A DNA stretch of 64,000 nt. It comes from Myxococcota bacterium. GTDB lineage: Bacteria; Myxococcota_A; Polyangia; Polyangiales; Houyiibacteriaceae. Below the pieces are notes generated by a model. The model had not been told where the DNA came from and did not search any database. It saw only the letters and a program-made list of their open reading frames with translations. This document shows, in pieces, positions 1 to 7,605 of the stretch; the stretch's first letter is position 1, and every line of letters begins with the position of its first letter. Location: NCBI GenBank assembly GCA_025453555.1, contig JALOQC010000017.1:3868-67867 (forward strand). The letters are read 5' to 3'. Made by a program: the position numbers and the translations under genes.

Positions 1-2
1 CG

Positions 3-2858
3 GTGTTTCGACTGCCGTCGCAAGGCAGCGCGGCGGGCAGCACCGACCGCACGGTGACGGCGTCTTCCGTCGCGTCGATCGTCGCGGAAGCGGAGGACGG
101 CTCACCCCGACATCGGCGTTGGACCACGACCACCGAAACAGGCGAAGCGAGCCGTGAGTGGGAGCGCCTCTCGGATGGTCGTTCGGTCTCCCGGACGATC
201 AGCGCGATGGGTCGACGAACGGTCACGATCTACGACCTCCTCGATCGCCCCATCTGGAGCGCGGTCGTCGACGCGGCCGGTCAGCCGCTCTTCCACCCCG
301 TCACGTACACCTACGACGACGGCCTCGGTCGGCCGACACGCATCACCCAGGCTCCGACCGACGCGTCTCAGCGGCCCATCCTCACCGATGTCGAACAGAC
401 CCGCACCGTCGAGCTCGACTACCCGGGCGCGGGCCGACTCGGCCACGTCACCCAACCGCACGGCGACTCCGCGTTCTCCCCCGCCGACCCGAACGAGCGG
501 ATGCGCACGAGCTTCGGCTACGACCCGATCGGACGAGTGACGAGCTCGTCGTCGAACGGCGCCGCCACCGGCTTCGGATACGACGTGATGGGCCAGCTCA
601 CGCGCGTCACGCCTCCGGGCCGCGGCGATCACACGATGACCTACTCGGCGGACGAGCAGCTCGCGAGCTACGCACCCCCCGCCTACACCGATCCGGATGC
701 TGCGCCCGGCGCGCCGCGCGTCGCGACGCCGAGCACGTGGGCTCCCGGACCCGACCGCGACGAGGTCGCGAGCTATACCGTCACGCGCGGCGCGGAGACG
801 CGCTCGAGCGGACAGACGTACGACCCGACGACGGGCCGTCTCGCCTCGATGACGATCGGCGGTGTGCCCGGCAGCGTCACGTTCTCCTACGCGCCCCGCG
901 CGGGCGAGAGCGTCAGCGACACCGGCCAGCTTCGACACGCCTCGATGCCGCAGACGCGCGCGGGCTCGTCGGCGGTCGCGACCACGCTCTACTACGACGG
1001 CCCGCTCGGCACCGAGACGCGGACCGAGGGCCTGCCGAACGCGCCGTGGAAGGTGGGTTACCACCACGACGCGGCGGACGAGCTTCGGCTCGCGCACCTC
1101 ACGGTGGCAGTCGGCAGTACGAGCACGAACGTGCCCACGATCGCGTACGACTACGACGCGGACGGACTGATCACCTCGCTCGGCTACGGCTACGACGGGG
1201 ACGGGATCGCGCTCCGTGAAGGCAGCTACGACGAGAACGTGGCGCCGACCCCCACGCTCGCGCGAAGCATGGCGGTCGTCCCGGATCCGCAGACGGGCGT
1301 GCTCGCGCAGACGTGTGTCGGTGGCACGGTGGCGCTCGGCTCGGGCACCTGCTCGGGTCGTGTGAGCACGACGATCACGCCGAACGACTTCGGCGAGCCG
1401 GCGAGCGTGGAGACGACATGGAACGGAAGCTCCGTCTCGGGCAGCCTCTCGTTCCACTACGAGCACGACCGCGCGGGGCGCATCGTCGCCCGCACCGAGG
1501 TGGAGGGCGCGAGCTCGACCAGGCTCGAGTACGGGTATGACGCGCAGGGACGTCTCGAGAACGTGTGGCGCCGCACCTCGCCGACCACGCGCGAGCGCCT
1601 CTACCACTACCAGTACGACGCGAACGGCAACCGCATCGGCTGGGCGCTTCCCTCCGGAACTTGCAACCCGACCGTGAGCACGTGCACGCGCGTCGACGAG
1701 CAGGACCGCCTGCTCAGCGCGGGCGGGGTGAGCTACTGGTACGACCTCCAAGGTCAGCTCGCGACCCGCACCGAGGGCACGCGCGCGGAGACCTTCACGT
1801 ACGACATGGCGGGCAACCTCCGCACCTTCGCGGTGCGCGAAGGCGGAACGCAAACGCGTCACGTTCAATACGCGATCGACGCCTTCGGTCGCCGCGTCGG
1901 GCGCTACGTCGGCACGAGCGGAGCCACGAGCCCGGACCGCTTCTGGGTCTACCAGGACGGCCTCAACCCGGTCGCGCAGCTCAACGCGATGGGCCAGCTC
2001 GAGCTCCTCTTCCTCTACGGCACCCAGGCCCACGTCCCCGACCTCGTGGTCGAGGTGCGCGGTGCGAGCACCACGGACGACGTCGTCTACCGCGTAGTCA
2101 CCGATCAAGTCGGTAGCGTCCGTCGCCTCGTGAACGTCGAGACGGGCGCCGTCGCCGCGTCCTTCGACTACTCCCCCTTCGGTGTCCTCGAGCGCGAAGA
2201 CGGTGCGCTCGCGGCCCGATTCCCCTTCCGCTTCGCGGGCGGGCTGTGGGATGGAGACACGGGCTTGGTGCGGTTCGGTGCGCGGGACTACGATCCGCGG
2301 GTTGGAAGGTGGACGGCGAAGGACCCGATTCTGTGGGGTGGCGGGCAGGGGAATCTGTATGAGTACTGTGGTTCCGAGCCGGTCAACTGTGCTGATCTGA
2401 ACGGTCTCACCCCTTGGTCACTGGACGAGCTCGCGGCTCAAGGTCTGCAGATGCTGCGAGAGCACAAGCCTATGCTCCAGAACGTAGTCGGCAACGTGGC
2501 GCTGTTAGGTGGGCTGGCAACTGACTGGATCATGGGACGCGAGCCTCGAATCGAAACCGCGGAGGTTGGGGGAATCGTAGCGGTCGAGTACTACAACCAC
2601 CCCTGGATGTCTGACGGTTACTCACGCACGCTTGGAGATACGATCTGCTACGCATCGGACGGGAGATCCCCGTTCTTCGGGCGACATCGACAGCATGAGC
2701 ACGCGCACGTCGAGCAGTACGAGGCGCTTGGCATGTCGTACATCCCCTTGCACTTGCTTGCGCAAGTGGCCTCGTACGACCAGACAGGCTCCTACAACCG
2801 AGCGAACGCACTCGAGATTGGGCCATCATCAACACCCTCGAAACCATGGCCATGGTGA
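3..2858 (+). CDS. RHS/YD-repeat polymorphic toxin, C-terminal part (5' end outside the window) with a variable C-terminal toxin tip
   Basis: The ORF is open to the window edge. It has many YD-type repeats (YTYDDGLGRPT, FGYDPIGRV, YGYDAQGRLE, YQYDANGNRI, FTYDMAGNLR). The RHS core-end motif GARDYDPRVGRWTAKDPILWGGGQGNLYEYCGSEPVNCADLNGL lies at about 2270-2405. It is followed by a tail of about 150 aa containing HEHAH (HExxH). Confidence 0.9.
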   Translation: MFRLPSQGSAAGSTDRTVTASSVASIVAEAEDGSPRHRRWTTTTETGEASREWERLSDGRSVSRTISAMGRRTVTIYDLLDRPIWSAVVDAAGQPLFHPVTYTYDDGLGRPTRITQAPTDASQRPILTDVEQTRTVELDYPGAGRLGHVTQPHGDSAFSPADPNERMRTSFGYDPIGRVTSSSSNGAATGFGYDVMGQLTRVTPPGRGDHTMTYSADEQLASYAPPAYTDPDAAPGAPRVATPSTWAPGPDRDEVASYTVTRGAETRSSGQTYDPTTGRLASMTIGGVPGSVTFSYAPRAGESVSDTGQLRHASMPQTRAGSSAVATTLYYDGPLGTETRTEGLPNAPWKVGYHHDAADELRLAHLTVAVGSTSTNVPTIAYDYDADGLITSLGYGYDGDGIALREGSYDENVAPTPTLARSMAVVPDPQTGVLAQTCVGGTVALGSGTCSGRVSTTITPNDFGEPASVETTWNGSSVSGSLSFHYEHDRAGRIVARTEVEGASSTRLEYGYDAQGRLENVWRRTSPTTRERLYHYQYDANGNRIGWALPSGTCNPTVSTCTRVDEQDRLLSAGGVSYWYDLQGQLATRTEGTRAETFTYDMAGNLRTFAVREGGTQTRHVQYAIDAFGRRVGRYVGTSGATSPDRFWVYQDGLNPVAQLNAMGQLELLFLYGTQAHVPDLVVEVRGASTTDDVVYRVVTDQVGSVRRLVNVETGAVAASFDYSPFGVLEREDGALAARFPFRFAGGLWDGDTGLVRFGARDYDPRVGRWTAKDPILWGGGQGNLYEYCGSEPVNCADLNGLTPWSLDELAAQGLQMLREHKPMLQNVVGNVALLGGLATDWIMGREPRIETAEVGGIVAVEYYNHPWMSDGYSRTLGDTICYASDGRSPFFGRHRQHEHAHVEQYEALGMSYIPLHLLAQVASYDQTGSYNRANALEIGPSSTPSKPWPW

Positions 2859-3223
2859 GAAGCGCTTTTGTCCTGAGATGGACGGTGTCAGCATCCCTGA
2901 TAATGTCTTGTGTGTACCCAGGTACGCGAGTAGACGAGGTGTGCGTCGTAGCTGCCGTCGACGACGTTGACTGTGTGTCGAAGTCACTCGATGATATCTG
3001 TCAATGGTCACCCAACGAGGCTGGCTTCCTGGTGTGTCATCCCGAAGGAGAAGACCATCTCGTCATCGCACTGCACGAGGCCGACCTCATCGTGGGTGGG
3101 GCGGTATTCGACGGTAGGTTCGATCGGTGGAGCATTCGGCGACCTCTCACTGTTGATCGAATCGGCAAGGCTGCCGAGGTATGCGCTGTTGGCAGGTTCG
3201 TGGCATCCAGTTGCCCATTCTAG
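2846..3223 (+). CDS. Candidate immunity protein for the RHS toxin tip (hypothetical, 125 aa)
   Basis: It lies immediately downstream on the same strand, and its ATG overlaps the RHS stop by 13 nt. It falls inside the same lower-GC block (about 2400-3230) as the toxin tip. No recognisable motifs. A competing 73-codon ORF exists on the minus strand (3008-3229). Confidence 0.35.
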   Translation: MAMVRSAFVLRWTVSASLIMSCVYPGTRVDEVCVVAAVDDVDCVSKSLDDICQWSPNEAGFLVCHPEGEDHLVIALHEADLIVGGAVFDGRFDRWSIRRPLTVDRIGKAAEVCAVGRFVASSCPF

Positions 3224-3979
3224 TCCCATGTCTCCGAAACAGCTTTCGGAAGGATCCTGCCGTGACGGTGGAACGTTCCACCGTTTTTGCCCAGACCCTG
3301 AAGTGAACGGGGAATCCGCGGGGAACGGGAGAACGTGCCACAGGAACGTGTCAAGAGAACGCACCACCGTATTTGCCCAGACCCAGGAATCATCGGGGAA
3401 TCCGACGGCGCGATGAGCCGGTATGACCACCGCTACCACTGCCGGTGGGGGAACGTGCCACCGTTTCTTCTCAGAACCTGAAATCAACGGGGAGTCCGGC
3501 GGTGCGATGAGCCCGCCCGCCCGCCTCCGGAGCGTGGAACGTGGGGGGAACGTGCCACCGTTTTGCCTGGCGAACGTGGCGAACGTGCGGGGAACGTGCC
3601 ACCGGGGGAACGGGCCACCGCCGCGTGCCAGGGGAACGTGCCAGGGGAACGTGCCACGAACGTGCCAGGGGAACGTGCCACCGTTCTTGCCCAGACCCAG
3701 GAATCATCGGGGAATCCGATGGCGCGATGCGCCGGTATGACCACCACCGTGCCACCGGGGGAACGTGCCACCGTTTTTTTCTCAGAACCTGAAATCAACG
3801 GGGAGTCCGGCGGTGCGATGAGCCGGCCCGCCCGCCCCCGGAACGTGGAACGTGCCGCCGGTTTTGCCCAGAACCCGCGGTGTCAGGAGAATATGCTAGC
3901 CGCGGTGTCAGGAGAATATGCCACCATTTTTACCCAGACCTAGGAATCAACGGGGAATCCGGCGGCGCGATGAACCGGC

Positions 3980-4148
3980 ATGACGACCGCCAAGTCCGCA
4001 CGTCGCTCGCGTCCTCTCCGGTGTGAAGATCCAGAACAGTTGTTCTTCGTGACGACGCGAACCATCGAAGAGGTCTTCTGGCTCGACCCGCTGCTCTGTT
4101 CACGGCTCGCGCCCATGAATCGGGAAGCGCGGCGGGTGGTGGATGCGC
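3980..4148 (+). pseudogene. Truncated 5' copy (about 56 codons) of the RAYT-like gene
   Basis: MTTAKSARRSRPLRCEDPEQLFFVTTRTIEEVFWLDPLLCSRLAPMNREARRVVDA is near-identical to the N-terminus of the ORF at 4676. It is preceded by the same leader module and breaks off into another leader module at about 4150. Confidence 0.85.
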
Positions 4149-4258
4149 GCAACGGGGGGAACGTGCCACCGTTTTTGCCCGCGCAACGGGGGGAACGTGC
4201 CACCGTTTTTGCCCAGACGCCGGAATCAACGGGGAATCCGACGACGCGATGAGCGGGC

Positions 4259-4366
4259 ATGCCTACCGCCAGACCCACGCGCCGCTCGCGTCCCCTCCGG
4301 TGTGAAGATCCCGAACAGTTGTTCTTCGTGACGACGCGAACCATCGAAGAAGTCTTCTGGCTCCAC
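4259..4366 (+). pseudogene. Truncated 5' copy (about 35 codons) of the RAYT-like gene
   Basis: MPTARPTRRSRPLRCEDPEQLFFVTTRTIEEVFWLHP matches the 4676 ORF N-terminus. Homology stops at about 4366. There a different short-repeat segment begins: TGACGTCGTAGC-like 12-mers at 4384, 4408, 4441 and 4464, then GCTGCTGGCCGCCCA x2 at 4491-4521. Confidence 0.85.
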
Positions 4367-4675
4367 CCTGTTAACGGCCGAAATGACGTCGTAGCCGGAT
4401 CCAACATTGACGTCGTAGCGATCCGAGCCGATGGCCGCGCTGACGTCGTACGCGGGACCACGCTGAGGTCGTAGCCGTACGACCCACGCGGCTGCTGGCC
4501 GCCCAGCTGCTGGCCGCCCAGGGGAACGTGCCACCGTTTTTGCCCAGACTGAGGAATCAACGGGGAATCCGACGGTGCGAGGAGCGGGCATGCCCACCGT
4601 GCCAGGGGGGAACGTGCCACCGTTTTTGCCCAGACGCCGGAATCAACGGGGAAACGACACGCGCGATGAGCCGGC

Positions 4676-5667
4676 ATGCCCACCGCCAAGCCCGCGCGCC
4701 GGTCCCGTCCCCTCCGATGTGAAGATCCCGAACACCTGTTCTTCGTGACGACGCGAACTCTCGAAGAAGTCTTCTGGCTCCACCCACTGCTCTGTTCGCG
4801 GCTCGCGCCGGTGAACCGTGAAGCGCGGCGGGTGGTGGATGCGAAGCGGTCGAGGCTCCGCGCGAAGCTGGCGCGCCTCGTCGCGAGCGCGAACCGCCGA
4901 CGGCCCGAGAACCAACCGAAGTTGACGGTGGAGGAAGCGGAGAAGCTCGCGGAGGACTGCGTGAGCTCGGCGCTCGCGCGGGCGCAGAAGCATTGTGCGG
5001 AGAGCGGGCTGCCTCCGGTGGAGGTGTTCGCGGTGGCTACTTCCTCGCCCGCATCGCGCAGACCCTGAACCTGCTGCTCGGTCGCGTGGGTCCCGTGTTC
5101 CCGAGACGCTATGACGCTCAGCCGATCCTCGACGAAGAAGCCGCAGCGGGTCGCATCAAGTACGTGCTCGAGAACCCCAAGAAGGCGGGGCTCGTGAAGT
5201 GCTTCACGGAGTGGCCGGGCTTCGTCGCGGTCGCGGGCCTGCACGACGGCGAGGAGGTCGAGACGCGACACTTCGATCGGTCTGCTTGGCAGCTCGCGAA
5301 GCGCCCGAACGAACGCGAGCGCTACTGGCGTCGCGGCCGCCTGCGTCTGAGCCGACTTCCGGGAATGGAGTCGCTCTCGTGTTCGGCGTACCTCGCGACG
5401 TTGAAGAGCTGGTGCGACTCGCGGCACGCGGATCGCTGCCTGGGCGTCGAAGGCGTGCTCGACGCGGACGTGAACCAGCGACCCAGGAAGCCGAAGCGGT
5501 CGCGTCGTCCCTACGCGTTCGGACGCCCCGAAAAGGTCGACGCGTATCGCGAGGCGAGTCGGCTCCGCTACGCCGCGTACGACGCGGCGCGTGCGCTCAC
5601 GAAGCTCGGCGAGCGCGTCGAGTGGCCGGAGGGCATGTACGCGCCAGGGGGGGCCGTCGCGGCGTAA
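4676..5667 (+). pseudogene. RAYT / IS200-like (Y1 HUH transposase-like) gene, frameshifted and apparently lacking the HUH segment
   Basis: Two overlapping frames: 4676-5068 and 4993-5667. The second carries GRVGPVFPRRYDAQPILDEEAAAGRIKYVLENPKKAGLV, which resembles the conserved G-x-hF-x-RY...Y-hh-x-NP-x-KAGLV block of COG1943/PF01797-type proteins. The first ends ...VEVFAVA, where homologs continue with xxSNHxHLL. That motif is absent in every frame. Confidence 0.7.
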
Positions 5668-5806
5668 TGCGCGAAGCGGTGGGCTGACTTCGAGCGCGCG
5701 CGGGACGTCGCGGCTGCGCCTGCGCTTGCTGCGCTTGGGGGCGAGTCGGTCGACGCGCTCGAGGGTGTCGCGCATCCGGAAGTCCACCGGTGCGACGGGA
5801 AGTCCG

Positions 5807-5950
5807 GCCGCCGCGAGGCAAGATTGGTGGCACGTTACCCCCGGTGGCACGGCGCCATCGCGCGTGCACACTCGGGGTACCACTGGTCCCAGCAGATGCC
5901 GACGCCGCCGCGAGGCAAGATTGGTGGCACGTTACCCCCGGTGGCACGGC
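5807..5950 (+). repeat. Two 47-nt direct repeats carrying the inverted core motif, enclosing an aguB-derived 56-nt segment
   Basis: GCCGCCGCGAGGCAAGATTGGTGGCACGTTACCCCCGGTGGCACGGC occurs at 5807-5853 and 5904-5950. GGTGGCACGTT is the reverse complement of the left-array core AACGTGCCACC. The intervening 5852-5907 is identical to 7971-8026. Confidence 0.9.
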
Positions 5951-5989
5951 ACGTTACCCCTGGGCCCGGAAGCGCCTCCGCCGTCTTGC

Positions 5990-6649
5990 TCATCGCTCGG
6001 TTGGCTTCTTGGTGGCCCGCTGGGCTGCCTTCTTGGTGGCCCGCTTCGGTCCCTTCTGGCTCGCCGTCGCCGGGGCCTTCTCGCGCGGCGTCCGCTTCGC
6101 GACCAGCGGCACGCGCTCGCCCTGCCGCTCATACACGTACGTCCGCCAGACGCGCTCTTCTTTCCCGTACTCGGTCGGCTCGAAGCTCTCGACGACCTGG
6201 CACGGCGGCTCGCCCTCGCGCTGCATCCAGGTGCAATGACCGCTGTCCTTCGCCTCGCGGACGAGCACGAGGCCGCGGGCCTTCGCGAGCGCCGCACCGA
6301 CCCTTCCTGCGTACACCTCGGGAGCGCCCCGCCGCTCACGCTCGAGCGCGAGCTGCTCCAGCCGCCGGCCGAGGGAGTCCGCCTGATAGAACGAGACCCC
6401 GAGCTCGTCGACTTCGATGCACTTGCCGTCCGAGTCGCAGAACCAGTTGACGAAGTCGAACCCCCCCACGACGGTGTAGGTCTTTCCGCCTCGCGTCACC
6501 TTCCTCGGCGACGTCTCGAAGGTCACCGTCCGACCGTCCCCGTGGGGCTCGTCTTCCGCAATGAAAGCCAGGGCTCGCACCGAGAGGTCCCCGGCGAGCG
6601 CCGGGGGGACTTTCGTCCATTCGCTCCTTCGACGCCGGCTGGGCACCAC
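5990..6649 (-). CDS. Hypothetical protein with a Lys/Ala-rich (histone H1-like) C-terminal tail
   Basis: 219-codon ORF with a protein-like composition (GGKTYTVVGGFDFVNWFCDSDGKCIEVDELGVSFYQADSLGRR...) and the tail KAPATASQKGPKRATKKAAQRATKKPTER. No family recognised and the start is uncertain. Confidence 0.5.
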   Translation of the reverse strand: MVPSRRRRSEWTKVPPALAGDLSVRALAFIAEDEPHGDGRTVTFETSPRKVTRGGKTYTVVGGFDFVNWFCDSDGKCIEVDELGVSFYQADSLGRRLEQLALERERRGAPEVYAGRVGAALAKARGLVLVREAKDSGHCTWMQREGEPPCQVVESFEPTEYGKEERVWRTYVYERQGERVPLVAKRTPREKAPATASQKGPKRATKKAAQRATKKPTER

Positions 6650-6957
6650 TCAGTCGTCCGCCGCGCAGGCGCGATGAGTTGCAGGGGTTGCCGCCAGATC
6701 CCGTACTGCGATGAGAGGCTGACCCACTCTGAGTCAGCCTCTCAGTTCGTTGAGATATCGTCAAGAGGTGTGGATCGCGTAGCCGGATCAGGCGGCGTTC
6801 TTCCTCGACTCTCTGCGCTTCATGGATTCGATTTTTCGTACTGAAGGAGCCTTCGGCTCACGCGTGGTCGTCGAGTCGCTCACGACCGCGTCGAGATCGT
6901 CGCGTTCGGGGAAGCCCCGTCGACGCAGCGCTTCGTCCTCACCACGGGCAGCAGCGT

Positions 6958-7062
6958 GTGCCCAGCGCGGAACCGGGAGAACGCGCTGCCCAGCGCGGAA
7001 CGGCGGGGAGAACGTGCCAGGGAAACGTCCCACGGCGGCCCGACAACCAACCGAAACTGACG
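6958..7062 (+). repeat. Remnant of the repeat element plus an internal fragment of the RAYT-like gene
   Basis: A ~28-nt unit TGCCCAGCGCGGAACnGGnGAGAACGnG occurs twice, with the core GAGAACGTGCCAGGGAAACGTCCCAC. Then CGGCCCGACAACCAACCGAAACTGACG matches CGGCCCGAGAACCAACCGAAGTTGACG at about 4905-4931 inside the RAYT-like ORF (RRPENQPKLT versus RRPDNQPKLT). Confidence 0.7.
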
Positions 7063-7101
7063 AAGCTCGAAAGGTTTTGCTTCGGTTCGCCCGATTCCGC
7101 T

Positions 7102-7521
7102 TCAATTCCCCTCGATCACCCTCGGGGCGCCTTCGTCGCGGAGCCACTTCGCGGCTCGCTCGACCACGTCGCCGAGCAGGATCACGTCAGCGTCTTCGAC
7201 CGTGGCGCCGCAGCCGAGCGCCTTCTTCATCTTGGTCGCGAGCTCGTCGAGGCGGGTCTCGGGGAGGCCTCGCACGCGGGTGGCCGTCTTTCCGCCGCGG
7301 CCCTTTCGCTCGCGGGAGAGCACGATCTTGGCGCTGCCCCAGGTGGGCGCTCGGGGTGCGGGGGCCGACGCGGGCGAAGCTTCTCGGTCGGCCGGGTCAG
7401 CGGCCGACGAGGCTTCGACCTTCGGCGCCGGCGGCAGTTCGTCCTTCTTCACCGCGAGCGCCGCGAAGGGGTTCTGCTTGAGGGGGGCCGCGTCGGGCTC
7501 GATGCGCTTCTTCGAGGCCAT
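7102..7521 (-). CDS. yciH: Translation initiation factor SUI1/eIF1-like protein (YciH family)
   Basis: 139 aa. The C-terminal domain KIVLSRERKGRGGKTATRVRGLPETRLDELATKMKKALGCGATVEDADVILLGDVVERAAKWLRDEG has the typical SUI1 fold signature. Confidence 0.85.
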   Translation of the reverse strand: MASKKRIEPDAAPLKQNPFAALAVKKDELPPAPKVEASSAADPADREASPASAPAPRAPTWGSAKIVLSRERKGRGGKTATRVRGLPETRLDELATKMKKALGCGATVEDADVILLGDVVERAAKWLRDEGAPRVIEGN

Positions 7522-7605
7522 GGTTCTTCCGATTCGTGCGGACGAATCACTGCAACTGAATCGCGCGATTCATCGTGAGATCTAGCCGGCAGTCAAGCCG
7601 CACGA

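Larger units (their letters stand above)
3265..4675 (+). repeat. Array of about 10 full or partial copies of a ~70-nt module, which is the 5' leader of the RAYT-like gene at 4676
   Basis: Module consensus: GGGGAACGTGCCACCGTTTTTGCCCAGACnnnGGAATCAACGGGGAATCCGnCGnCGCGATGAGCCGGCATG. Copies start near 3270, 3360, 3448, 3670, 3757, 3905, 4183, 4520 and 4605, with partial copies near 3545, 3840 and 4155. A denser run of the 13-mer GGGGAACGTGCCA lies at 3580-3680. The array begins with the 20-nt perfect palindrome ACGGTGGAACGTTCCACCGT at 3265-3284. Blocks 3355-3665 and 3665-3960 look like a ~310-bp higher-order duplication. Confidence 0.9.

Noticed and set aside
3008-3229. A 73-codon minus-strand ORF (MGLEWATGCHEPANSAYLGS...) as an alternative to the plus-strand immunity candidate.
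   Set aside because: It is not excluded. Its codon quality is similar to the plus-strand ORF, but it is in the non-canonical orientation for an RHS toxin/immunity pair and has no motifs. It is recorded as the competing model rather than as a feature.
3440-4640. The leader module contains TGCCAC-N5-TTGC, which has the spacing of a sigma-54 -24/-12 promoter (TGGCAC-N5-TTGC).
   Set aside because: The near-invariant GG of the -24 element is GC in every copy. On the opposite strand, where TGGCACG does occur, there is no TTGC at the correct distance. Treated as coincidental resemblance.
5807-5950. CRISPR-like geometry: a 47-nt repeat, a ~50-nt 'spacer' identical to another locus, then the 47-nt repeat again.
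   Set aside because: There are only two repeats and one spacer, and no cas genes are in the window. The repeat belongs to the GGTGGCACGTT element family flanking the RAYT-like gene, and the 'spacer' matches the host's own chromosome. It is better explained as a mobile-element end structure.
6788-7147. A 119-codon minus-strand ORF whose C-terminal ~50 aa (…EDEALRRRGFPERDDLDAVVSDSTTTREPKAPSVRKIESMKRRESRKNAA) look protein-like and sit in a lower-GC patch.
   Set aside because: Its N-terminal two thirds are a translation of the repeat remnant (6958-7062) and overlap the yciH 3' end. No ATG start exists for the plausible part. It may be the 3' relic of a gene disrupted by the element, and there is not enough evidence to call it.
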